Assembly: GCA_030704615.1 (NCBI GenBank)
Contig: CM060731.1
Location: 48,050,001 to 48,114,000, forward strand
Length of the DNA: 64,000 bases
Direction: 5' to 3'
Source: Takakia lepidozioides
Taxonomy: Eukaryota > Plantae > Bryophyta
Of this stretch, positions 11,471-23,181 are shown in pieces; the first letter of the stretch is position 1, and each line of letters begins with the position of its first letter. The notes below the pieces were generated by a model. That model made no database searches, was not told the origin of the DNA, and saw only the letters and a program-made list of their open reading frames with translations. The position numbers and the translations under genes were made by a program.

Positions 11471-13662
11471 TCACCAGTAATCCCCACAAGAACAAAACCA
11501 CACATATGCAGAAGACAAATTCCATCCCCAAATTGAAGAAATCCATGTTGAGCTGAAGAGGTTGTATCAGCAGATGAAGGAGGCTGGATATATGCCTGAC
11601 ACGCGCTTTGTGCTGCATGATGTGGAGGAGGAGCGAAAGGAGGTTTCTCTTTGCTATCACAGTGAGAAGCTGGCCATTGCTTTTGGGCTCATCAGTACAG
11701 CTCCTGGGGTGCCTATTCGCATCATCAAGAACCTTCGGGTGTGTGGCGACTGTCACGTGGCCACCAAACTCATCTCAAAGATTGTTGGGCGAACAATGGT
11801 TGTCCACCTCAATGCTGCTGCACCCTGGTACCTTTCTCACCCCTCTATCCTCCATCATTTTTCTCACCTTTGCTACTTCCTCCCACTTGCCAGCTGCAGC
11901 ATAGATGTTTGATAGCAGCACATAAGTTCCAGCCTCTTGTGGATACAATGTGAGAAATCTTTTCGCCACACGTTCTGCAACCTCCACTTTGTCATGAATT
12001 CTGCACGCACCAAGCAAGGCCCCCCAAACCCCAATATCTGGTTCAACTGGCATTTTGTTAATGAAGTCCTCTGCCTCATCTAATTGCCCTGCACGGCCAA
12101 GAAGGTCCACCATGCAGCCAAAATGTTCTAGGGTAGGAGTGAGGCCATGATCTCGAGTCATGGAGTCAAAATAGTGATGGCCTTCTTCCACCAGGCCCAC
12201 ATAGCTACATGCAGATAGAACACATATGAAGGTGATACTGTTCGGATTCAAGCCTTCCTTTTGCATTTGTTCGAATAGTTGCAGAGCTTCCGTACCACAC
12301 CCCTGCTGAGCATATCCTGCAATCATTGCGTTCCATGAGACCACATCTCGTTCAGCCATATTGTTGAGCACTTGACGCGCATCCTTAATGCTCCCACATT
12401 TTGCATACATATCAACCAGGGTGTTCTCCAAAATTATATCTAAGGGGATTTTGGCTTTCATGATGTCAGCATGGACCTCCATGCCCTTCTCCAGGGCTGC
12501 CTGACTTGCACATGCATTTAGAACAGAAATGAGTGTGACCTTGTCAGGCATCACCCCTTCTTGTAACATTTGCTCGTATATGTCTAAAGCATCCCTCCCA
12601 TTCCCATGCTGAGCATATCCAGTGATCATTGCATTCCATGAGACCACGTTTCGCTGGGCCATGTTGTCAAACACCTGACGTGCCTCCCTTATGCTCCCAC
12701 ATTTGGCATACATGTCAGCAAGGGCAGTCTCCAGAATGATATCCTGCCCAATACCAGCTTTGATGATGTCAGCATGGACATCTTTGCCCTTTTCCAGGGC
12801 TGCCAGGCCGGCACATGCATTGATAATGCAAATGAATGTGACCTTGTCAGGTGTCACTCCCTCTTGTATCATTTGCTCATAAATCTCCAAAGCCTCCCTA
12901 CCACGCCCATGTTGAGCATATCCCGAAATCATTGTGCTCCATGAGACCACATCTCGTTTACTCATGTTGACAAACACTTGGTGTGCATCCTTCATACTCC
13001 TGCATTTGGCATACATGTCAACAAGGGTGTTCTCCAACTTCCATGTATGATGCAATTCCAGATGTCATTATGTCAGCATGGACGTCTTTGCCCTTTTGCA
13101 GGGCTCCAAGGCTGGCACATGCCTTGAGAATGCAAATGAATGTGACTTTGTCGGGCATCACAGATTTTTGTATCATTTCATCATATATCTCAAAGTCCTC
13201 ACTACCACACCCATGCTTGGCATATCCTGCTATCATTATATTCCATGTACATATATCTCGTTCGGGAATTTTGTCAAACAATCTGCGTGCATTCATTATG
13301 CTCCCGCACTTGGCATACATGTTGAGAAGGGTGTTCAGGAGAAAGATGTTTGGCTTAAATTCAGTTCGGACGATGTGGGCGTGCACCTGCTTTCCCTCTG
13401 CTAGGCGTTTCCTGTTGATGCCCTCCTGCAAGACACATACATAAGTATTGGAATCTGCTCTGAAGCCTTGTTGATCCAAAACATGCAGTGCCTCCTTAAG
13501 TCGTCCTGCCTTGCATAGCGCCCTAACATCCCCATAAGTGCTAGAAGAAATTCTGCTGAGTGCCTCTCTTGGTCTTTGAAAAGGAAGGGTGATGGTGGAG
13601 GTGGTACCCTTGCCACCAGTCTGATGTCCAACAAACAAGTGTGCCTGATTCGACTCTGCCAT
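11471..13662 (-). pseudogene. PLS-class PPR-E-DYW RNA-editing factor with a frameshift (about 13045) and an internally inverted DYW segment
   Basis: PLS repeats (LVDMYAKCGS..ARQVF..RDVVSWNAMI) and E1/E2 end at GCSSIEVDN (about 11800). The DYW core ([21 protein letters not shown]) is on the + strand at 11508-11804. The terminal CSCGDYW* is on the - strand at 11494-11471. Confidence 0.92.
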
Positions 13663-15264
13663 CCTGCAGGACTCATAACTCTCAGTTACAAGCCCTCGAA
13701 ATCCATGAATGCTTCAAAGAAAGATCCCTCTACATATGAACAGCATAACAAAACTATCCGAGTCAACCACTTCGAGGATAAAAAATACCAATTCTATCCG
13801 TTTGGATATGGGACCCTTGGCATGTACCCTCTGTATTCTGGGCCTGAAGGTCCATTGCTGTGTAGATAGAAGGTAGAACTGTCACCAAATTGTGCTTCGC
13901 CTTCGATCGTGGCAGCTAGCTCTGCTTTCATCCAGGGAGGGTTCAACCAACCCTCCATCAAGCGGTCCTCTTTTGTGCTCTTGTGTCTGAAGTCTGGTGA
14001 TCTTTGACTCTTCTGCAGGGCCCGGCATGGCCGAGGTGGATGTCCATTTTAGCTCCAGAGCCTGGCACGTCAATCTGCTGTGTCTCTGCCGGTGTAGAAG
14101 GTCAATGACAGTCTTGAGCCTGCATGGATCCAACGCCGGGCACTTGCAACCATGGTATCTCTGAAGGTGTGCTTCCCAATTTCTCTACAAGGTTCCAATG
14201 CAGGGCACGTGTGACCATGGATTTCTCTGGAGATTGCTGTCGTGGTTGACCATTTCTCCAGGTTGGAATAGATGGCTCCCATCCAAGACACAGCTGAACA
14301 TGGCACTTTGTGGAGAATTCTGCTGTGCTCGCCGAGGTCTCGATTTTGCTGTAGTTGCCTGCCTCCCACGCACAGCACAGGTACTGAACTACAGTTGTGC
14401 AGCTCCGAGGCATCTTAAGAACTTGTTGATGATTGTTCTTCAGAGATCAGTGTTTTTGTGTGCTGACCTGCTACTCATTTTCCTTTGGGACAATCCCTCC
14501 CTCTTGGCAACGTCTAAAAGCCGTCAAATTTGAAGTCCGGATTTTGACCGGGGTTATTTCTGAAGGTCGAAGCCAAGGGAGAGCAATGGAGTGGCCGATG
14601 GGGAGGGAGGCCACTCGGTGTTGGAATGGCTGACAAGTGAGGCCATGTGTAGAGGAGAGCCTAGAAGTAGGATAAATGAGGGGGTGGGCCATCCTTCTAG
14701 AGTGTTGCAATGAGGTGGGATGAGCCGGTGGTCCTGTCTCCAAGGCTCCACCACAGCCGAGACAGATTGTAAAGGACTGATGAAGCAGGCTTGCAGAGCC
14801 ACCAAATAAGGTTGAGGCTCAAGAAACCTGTAGAAGGGCCTTACCTCAGTCCAGACTTTCTCATGGCTGTGGTGGAGCCTTGGAGAAGGAGGCCCCCACC
14901 GGCTCAACCTACCTGTACCCTGCCTCCTTTCTGGCACCTCACATAGTCACTTACAGCAAAATCCCTCGCCCAGTCCCTGCGAGGGGAAGGGGCTCTTGCA
15001 GTCATCTCTCTGTGATCGCATGCTGGCGATGGAATTAGACCCATTGAACACCACGGCCAAGGGGTCGATGAATGTTAACCAAAATCAAGCGGATGTCACG
15101 CTCTTCATTCTACAACTCCTCAAATCCCACTCGTGCGTGCCTCCTCGTCGCGATCCTCGAAACGGAGAACATACGCAATCCTTCTGAGGTACTCGCAGGC
15201 AGCTTCATGTTCATCAATTTGGGATGTCCTGAAAGGCTGAATCGTTGAAAATAGACGTGCCTAG

Positions 15265-16823
15265 GTGTCTCCCAAAGAGATGCTGGAAAGAGAGGTACAA
15301 CTGCCTCTGGAGACCAAGAAGATTGAATCTCCCAAAGAGATGCTGGAAAGAGAGGTAAAACTGCCTCCGGAGACCAAGAAGATTGAATCTCCCAAAGAGA
15401 TGCTGGAAATAGTGGTACAACTGCCTCTAGAGACCAAGAAGATTGAATGGAACAAAGCATCTCCGACGTTTAGCGAGGTGAGAGAGAGGCTGCACAACTG
15501 TGGGGTTGCAAAGAACTGGTGCGTGGAAGTATTGCGCGGAGATGAGTTTCTCTCCCCAGACGAGGACGACAAATTGCAAGGTCCAAGCTTGTAGTCCGGG
15601 CATCACCAATCCTGTATGATACATCATGGAAGAAGCAAAGGCTTTCTGAGATTTCCGTTCATGGTCCTCGCTCCCACAGCCCATCCAGAATGTTGTCATT
15701 TTCTGCTATGATTGTGAATAGGTAGGAGGCCATCACTTACATAATCGGGTTTGTTGAACTTTGAGCTTTTCTCTAGCTCTGTCAGACTTGACAGCATTCT
15801 CTCCCTCTCTCTCTCCATAAGCTCTATGAGCTTTCCGTGGACGTTATAAAGCACCATTTCATTTCATTTCTCTCCTTGCCTTGGGCCCCTTGGCAAATTT
15901 GGATCTGCAGGTTGGTGTATCAGCACTGTTTTCGTAAAAGAGTGCAATGATGTCTTTCAGGTACTATGAAAGAGAAAGCTCCTCGAGAATGGCACAACCG
16001 ATATGAGGATCTGTTTGTTGAGGGAGTCATACCTTATGTTGGTCGCGTGTTTGTGCTTCCCAAGAGTTTTGAGAACATTTGCTTGGAGGATTGCACAGGC
16101 ACGGTGGGGCTGGTGGGAGCTAATGGAGAATCCATAGGAGCTTTTCACAGTGTATACAACGGCTGGAAGTCACCGGATAAGTATGATGTGTATATCAAGT
16201 ATATCAATCATGACAGACAGCCATGCTTTCCAGCGAAGATCACTGTGTACAACAAAGAATTGGACCTCTTCATAGCAGCACCTCTTCCTCCATTTCAATG
16301 GCACTTTCCCAAATATCTACAGCCAGCAAGTGGTATCTCTGTTGGTGATGCTGTGCATTGTTTTGGATTTCCAAAGCTGATCGACATTGAAGTTCTGTCA
16401 AAGCTGAAAGAGTGTGCAAGCAAAAAACCGCCCTCTCCATCTGTAAAAGAGAGCCTAGAGTTCCCAGCCGTTTTCTCTGGCAAGATTTGTTTCTCAGGAT
16501 GGAAGCAGGTGGTGGCAGACTACAGATCCTTTCCCGATTGCTCAGGGGCTGTTATTGTTGACGACAATGGCCATCTCAAAGGGATTCATATATCATCACT
16601 CTCTGTTAGAGACTTCAAACCACAGTACAGCTCATTTGAAGAGAGTGAGACAAGTACCAAGAATACCAAAAACCTGTACCGATGTGTGAACTCATCTTTT
16701 CCACAGATTGCTGCTGGCGTGCAACGCAACGCAGAGGCAGCCGTCTTTGTTCCCATCAACATTCTCATGAAACAACTCACCCCTGCCATGAACCCAAGGA
16801 CCAAGCAGATATTGTACAGCTAG
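15265..16823 (+). CDS. Two-exon trypsin-like serine protease with N-terminal 20-aa repeats; Crinkler-like architecture suspected
   Basis: Exon 1 ends at 15580 (CAAG|GT) and joins 15961 (TTTCAG|GT ACT ATG) in phase. Triad-like motifs are IGAFHSV (His), ELDLFI (Asp) and PDCSGAVIVDDNGHLKGIH (Ser), with GDAVHCFGFP between the last two. The first ATG is at 15280; the true start is uncertain. Confidence 0.7.
15268..15447 (+). repeat. 3 x 60-bp coding tandem repeat (SPKEMLEREVQLPLETKKIE)
   Basis: Three near-identical 60-bp units are directly visible. Confidence 0.95.
15815..15870 (+). mobile_element. Short 3'-end fragment of LINE family B with (CATTT)n tail, in the protease intron
   Basis: CCATAAGCTCTATGAGCTTTCCGTGGACGTTATAAAGCACCATTTCATTTCATTTC matches the reverse complement of the family B ends at about 25052 and 39893. 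TTCTCTCC occurs on both sides. Confidence 0.85.
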
Positions 16824-17690
16824 ATGGAGGAGCTTTGCATCCACCATGGCAGTCGATGCAACCATGCTCACCCTGTGGAAACTCATGTGCCAGCAAGATA
16901 AGGAAGTCTTCATGGGGCCACAAGATTCAAAACATTTGTTAGCAGACGCTCTCCCTCTCTCGAAGCTATACTACCTGCACAAGCCAACAGGCCTGGAGAG
17001 CTGTGATCATTCCTACCTCCTAACAAATCAGCTCTGAGCAATGTCCACTCTCTACTTACAAATTCTCTGTAAGTTGCAAATGCTGGCCAGGGCAATGGAG
17101 GGGTACTTGAGATGCAACGTCCCCCACAAGCCAGCTTTACAAGGAGGTTGGCTGCCGGGAGAATTTTTTTTGATTGCGATCTGCATGACTGGAGGTTAGT
17201 TTAGAAGGTGCCTGCAATCATCTTTCAGAATCAGTGGTGCAACTATGCACAAAGAACTGCATGCTATCAAATTTTATCACAGCATTGGTTCCTTAAGTGG
17301 TTAACATGGCATCGAGGTTCAGAAGAGCCCTCAAGTGTAGGGAGTATAGAGAAAACTCAAGTGAGACGCATTACACGGAGGCCAAAAGGTCAAGGGAGAC
17401 AAATTGAGGGAGTTGACCGAGAGAGAGAAAGAGCACGCGGCGCTCCTCTAGTGCTTTTTCTGTTCCACCGTTACTGAAAGAAAGAAATAGAGCAGAAAGC
17501 AAAGATAGAGAGGGAGAGTAGGGCCATTGCAACTTAATTTTTGGATTTAGTTCAACTTGGTACTGTTGGCCTGTGTTACCCATTATGGAAGATGCACACC
17601 AGAGAGAGTGAGACACACAACAATAAGAATCAGACAATCCAGTAAAGACTTCTATATATGGCCAATATAGGCCTTAACCTTGAAAAATAA

Positions 17691-20600
17691 TTAAATATCA
17701 CGATCTGTGGAGGCAGATGCTGCAAAAATAACCAACACACCAATCAATGCAGCAATGGCCGTGAAACGGGCCACATACTCAAAATGTGCAGGGTTCCCGG
17801 CAGGAACAAACCATTCCAGCACTTCTGGGGTGGTTGTTGAAACACTCGTGTTTCCCCAAACGACTGGTATCCATACCCAGGGAGTCTCTTCAGTGCCATG
17901 ATCAACTTCCCCTTGTTGACAAACGACAAACATGTGTGGGCTTGGAATGTGTACCACACCGTGGCTTTCCACACTCAAAGGCTGTAAACACACACCACGA
18001 TTAAATCAGAGAATGTAGTGATCCACAGCGAAACAGACTATGAGGAGAAGGGTAGTTGGAGATTAAGGACTATGGAAACCAATTTCGACTGAAATGATTG
18101 TGCACCATGAGAGAGATTGTACTCATAAGACGTTGTTTGCCGTAGACTTGTGGACCATGAGAGAGAGAGAGAGAGAGAGAGAAAACTTCATAACATCCAC
18201 AGAAAGCGAGAGGTGAAATTAAACAGTATACCGGATAGCGAGCATGCAAAGGAAGGATAACCTCAGCTTCCAATAATGCCAGTCCGTTACTGCTGTTGCT
18301 CAGTGTCCCATGCATAGAAACATAGACCTCCACAATTGACTGTCCCGATAGGAGAGCCGGTTGCTCCAAATTGATGTCCCCATAATTCATTGCCTTCTTA
18401 AACACTGCAAAAACCACAAATGGATCTCAAATCAGTGCTGTAAGATGTCCTGATGATGGCAATGTATGACCAGGAGGAATAGAATCTCCATGCACAGAAG
18501 AATGCACCAGTCTAAATTTGCCGCTCTACACTTCTAATACTATATTGGAACTGCCGCATTTCTCAACCACCAAATAAGAGAGCCCTTATTACAGATTTCT
18601 GAACTAACCAGCCCAGCTCGAAAACGGTCTCCCTTACCCCTGACCTTCTCACCATCCTGAAAGTGATCCAACTCAACAAGACTCACCTCCACGCCGTTGA
18701 AGGCCTTGTAGCTCAAATTGATCAGCAAAAACCCCAATAGGCAACCTCTCCAGCATTGACAAATAGCAAGCCCCAGCTTGAACCCCAAACCCCCTTGATT
18801 GTTGTGCCAAATTTACTACTGATCGTAATTGTCGATGAGCACCATTGCCCACGAGGGTCCGCTGCATAGCTTGAAGTACATAGTGTCCTTCTTTCCCTCC
18901 AAGCATTCCTGAGCTCTTGCAGTCACTGAGCTTTGTAGCAAAAGAGTTTATATCTTGGGAAGATTCAATGGTTGCAGTTGCCCTGTGGGACTCTGTTATC
19001 CATTTTGATGGTGAGCTGGCAAGAGCTGATTCACAGAAGTAGAGAGAGAGGCCTTTGCCTCCATCACTGGAGACTAGGCTAAGGCTGCGCTGGTGCACCT
19101 GCTCGCCAACATCCACACAATGTGACTGTAAGAGATAATAAAGGTTTTGTTTATCTCACCATTATAGAGTACAGCATTGAGTTGGCCCCCACCTGGCCTT
19201 ACATACTACCCCTATTCAAACAACTGAAACGCTGCCCATGGCCATATATCGTCAATTCTTACCAAAAGGGAGGAATGGAATTGGGAAGGAGCACGAAAAT
19301 TTCTAAAGCCAGCAGTAGTTCATACATACATCAGCAGTTGACAATCACTCGCATCAGATATGGGGAATGGCAACCTGCCATAGCGAGGAGGAGAGTTCCT
19401 TTGCCCACATAGACGCTTGTCCAACCAGCCATTGTTGTAAGATAGGACCCCTTCTCTCGAGATTGGGGTGTGCTTTTGGTTGCCCTAAAACAGGAAAGAA
19501 GGATGGCCATCCATCATTCCTCAGTCTGCCATTGCTCAAAAAACCAGGCAGCCAATGCCAAAATCCTACAGTGGAGTCCCCTGCTCCACTTTGTTTGCTC
19601 TTGATGGTGAGGTCAGGGATAAAGTCCTCAAAGATGGGGGATGATGATAGTTGAAGAACCTCTCCAAGTCCAAGGCCTGCACCCTCTGGGAGAACCACCA
19701 TGTTCTTCAAGGGGGACTTGATCTGCGCAGAAAGAAAGGCCTCCAGGGGAGAAACAAAGCCAGATGGACATGCAAGTGTGAGAACTTCAGTGCATTAGGC
19801 AAATGCAGTGCAATACTGGTACACATTGACATAACTATGACTATTGCACAGCCACTGAGACAATGAATGACCCAGTTTGAATCACCTCCGAGGTCCAGTA
19901 CCTCTCTGATATCCTTCAGTCCACCAACGGTAACATCATCCGGTGATGCATGGCCATTTCGTTCCCAACCTAAAGCAGCTCCTCCAACAACTTGTTTCAG
20001 CAATAACTCTACTTTGGTTAGATCCGAAGGAGAAACAGTGTTGATTATTTTGCTTTGAGAAATCGTGGTACCACTGGTGTTGGATCCTGAAGCATGCTGA
20101 TTCCTGAAGCTTAACACCAACCGTGTTCCAAGAGGCCCATTTGCATCACCCTGCATTACAAAGCCATGGCTGTGCATCGACTTAGACAATGTAATTATTG
20201 CAACAGTGAACATGCTGTCTTCATCATTCCCAGCTAGTTGGTTGACTTCCTTCCGTGCAATTCCTGATAACAACTAAGGGTCCAGATGACTCTGGCAGGC
20301 CCATCCCAGAGACCACAAGAGTGACAGAGACTGTCTCTGCCCACACATGCTTAGCTTCACAAGGTACTCCATCTTCCATCGCGTGTATTTTCTAGTGGTT
20401 TCTTTGTTTGGCATTCATTTAGTCTAGTCCAATCCACTCTTTGAGCTTCATGTGGACATTATAATGTGTTATGGCCTTATTTTAATCTGCTAAAGTTTCC
20501 GTCTCTCAACTTTTCAGCATGTCCAAACCAGCATCGTCTGTACCAGAAACAAGAGGGAAGTCTAAAGAGTAGATATCTCTCTAGCTTTCGACTCAGCACC

Positions 20601-21062
20601 GTCTCTCTTCCTTTTCCCAATCACACACCCTAAAAGTAACCCTATGCTGGGAAGCGACATAGATTGTTTTCAAGCGCACCTGAACATTGCAGTTGAAGGA
20701 CGTATCGACAGTTATGGAACTGTGTACTTAAATCCCATGGCACAAACATTCTCTACAGAGAAGAATCTCAGTAAGATGGGACGAACTCATACCGGAAGCA
20801 AGGCATTCACATTCTCCATGCGCAACCAGCTCAAATGCCTTAAAACGCCGGCGTCAATGTCAACGTCCTTCAAAGAAAGATCCGCACAGAAGCGCACTCT
20901 GACTACTTCCTCTCGCACCACACATACCCCCTCTCTGTGAACAACTACACCAGAAGTCTCCACGCTTCCTGCGCTCTTCATTGCAAATTCCAACTCTGGG
21001 GGTTCCTCCAATGAAGCAAGTGCAATTGCCACTCCGAAAAGCAGCATAACGATGGATCTCAT
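17691..21062 (-). CDS. PIGX: PIG-X/PBN1 (GPI mannosyltransferase I subunit) with a predicted about 330-aa N-terminal extension and signal peptide
   Basis: PIG-X motifs include LQAMQRTLVGNGAHRQL, LERLPIGVFADQFELQ, GDINLEQPA, LPLHARYP and WFVPAGN followed by a C-terminal TM. A phase-compatible GT-AG exon chain runs 21062-20793, 20273-19902, 19722-19375, 19125-18687, 18404-18232, 17981-17691. The last three exons are high confidence; the first three are moderate. Confidence 0.8.
18117..18153 (-). mobile_element. 37-bp LINE family A 3'-terminal insertion with a 13-bp TSD
   Basis: Reverse complement is CCACAAGTCTACGGCAAACAACGTCTTATGAGTACAA. TSD ACCATGAGAGAGA lies at 18104-18116 and 18154-18166. 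Confidence 0.9.
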
Positions 21063-23181
21063 TGTCAAGTTGTGCTGCATTTTGTCAAACCCATGCAACA
21101 CTAAAGGCAGCAGCAAAGTAAGCACCAAATCTCATCGGCGGCTTGTAGGCGGTGCTCTTTTTTCCAACTGTTGGAATGCAACTGAAACTTTCCCGAGTTT
21201 TCCATGAAGCTAACTAGATCGATCTGTGATGATACTCTGCACGTCATTGAGATGGTAGATTTCTCGCATATGACCAAAACTACGTGATGTTTAGTGTGAG
21301 ATCTGTACATAGACAGAAGACAGAAGACATCCGCGTTTCTGATAATTCAAGACTTCAGAGTGCAGACAGTCGGAACTAGTTACTACCAGGAAATGATGTG
21401 CGGTAGGGTGTGATGCCTCAAAACATTTGAAGGGATTGCAGTTGTATTGTATTCCTTGTTGCACGAAGCATCTTCCAGACGGAGTGTCAGCACGCCATCA
21501 GGACTGATTTGCGCTTTGTTGGCCATCTCATTTGAGTTCAGTTTTCAGTAAAAATTTGCAATACACCAGCCAGCTGCAGTCTTTATTGAATGGTCGAGGT
21601 GGTTGACACTCATCCCTTTCTTAAATACCGGAACACCAGAATTGCGACAGTGCTCACAAACCTACAAGAACAAACAAGATTCGAATGGTAGTTTGAGCTA
21701 TCCCAACAAAAGTATACTGCATGACCTACACACTACCGTAACCATGGCAAGAACCTTGGATATCGGACATCATGGACTTGGTCCAAGACTCCCAAAAACA
21801 AACAAGCAGGGATGTAATCTCATGACTTCGGCCAGTGGTAGGGACAAACTTACAGTCAGCCCTCCATATCTGTGACCTCCATAAGCGTTAAAAAACTATA
21901 TGTGTTAGCATAATTCTTACTCCCTAGTCTGGCAGGTCGCCTGCAAGAGTATAGCCGTAAATACAGTATTTGAATTATTTGGCTTTTGGACCCACACCTC
22001 CACTCAATGAGTGGCTAAACCATACCCCACCCTTTTTTGGAATTCTGGATACCATGGCAATCACTTTTTTCCGGTGAATGGGATGTATTACGTCCAACGT
22101 TGAATTTCGAACCACTCGGGTGAACTAAGCAAGCTTCAAGTGTTTAGCTCTTAAGTGTTACTCCCCTCTTTGTATAATGACCATGTGTATGTGTTAAAGT
22201 GCTCTTATCCACTCAAAGTTAAGTCTCTATCAGCTCAAGTGGGCATACACTATATGGAGGAGCTTAATAATAGAGACTCCAGTGGACAAACATTAAGTGA
22301 AAGCTGCAGGAAACTATTAAGTGGCTATTAACTATTACCTATTAACATTCACATCAGACCCTCATAGAATCTTTCTTCCTGCCTTCACTGCCTAGATCAT
22401 CAGCCCTGATGGCATCTTTTCCCTTCTCATAGTTCTATTAACATGAACTTTACAAATGTTACTTTTCATTGATCCTAAATTTGTATCTGTTAAAGTGTTA
22501 CAATCCTTAGTGTTACAGTTTTTCTTACTCCCAAAGATTAACACATATGGAGGGCCGACTGTACTCCGACAGCCTGACACAACTGCTCTTGCAGGTACTG
22601 GAGAATGCCCACAATGTATGGGTATTGAAAACATAAGGGAGTATAACCACATCAAGATCTAACTGTAAGGGCTCAAAGATTCCTGCAATCATACAATAGT
22701 TAAATGACTTTCCTGTAGCCTAATGTCTGAAACAGCTTGTTCCATATTTGAGTGTTAGAACCATGCCATTAAGCATGCCTCCCTAGCATGAACGCCAATG
22801 AAATTAAACCTCATGACTTGCAGCAATAGGTAAGCAGCAATCTCCACTGACACTTAGTCCCACACTTGTGCACAAGGATTGTTACATTGATGGTGATTTG
22901 GGTCCACGTTGATTACCCAGTCGTGTTAGAACTCCTGGATTCATTCTGTGCAACTAAACAGTCTCACCTTCCCTTCGTTGACGGCCCTGACCTGCTCTGC
23001 ACAGGAGATCCAGACAAGAAAAGATGTTCGTTCGAGCTTTGTTCTGGCGAGAAGCCAGTTGAATTTCCTTCAGAACTGCATATTGTAAACTGGAGCCCAA
23101 CTTAATCCTCTTGCAAAGTGAAGATGACATAGCTTGCTTTGTTTGGAACAGGGTAACTAAGTTAGTAAAACAACACTTCCA

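Noticed and set aside
11562-11912. Stand-alone DYW gene on the plus strand
   Set aside because: It has no ATG at the domain start and no DYW terminus; the missing terminus lies on the minus strand, so it is an inverted piece of the PPR gene.
13880-14950. Possible DIRS or other retroelement relic (also 8700-9290 and 10863-11260)
   Set aside because: The composition looks coding-like, but I could not find a convincing RT, RNase H or recombinase motif; left unannotated.
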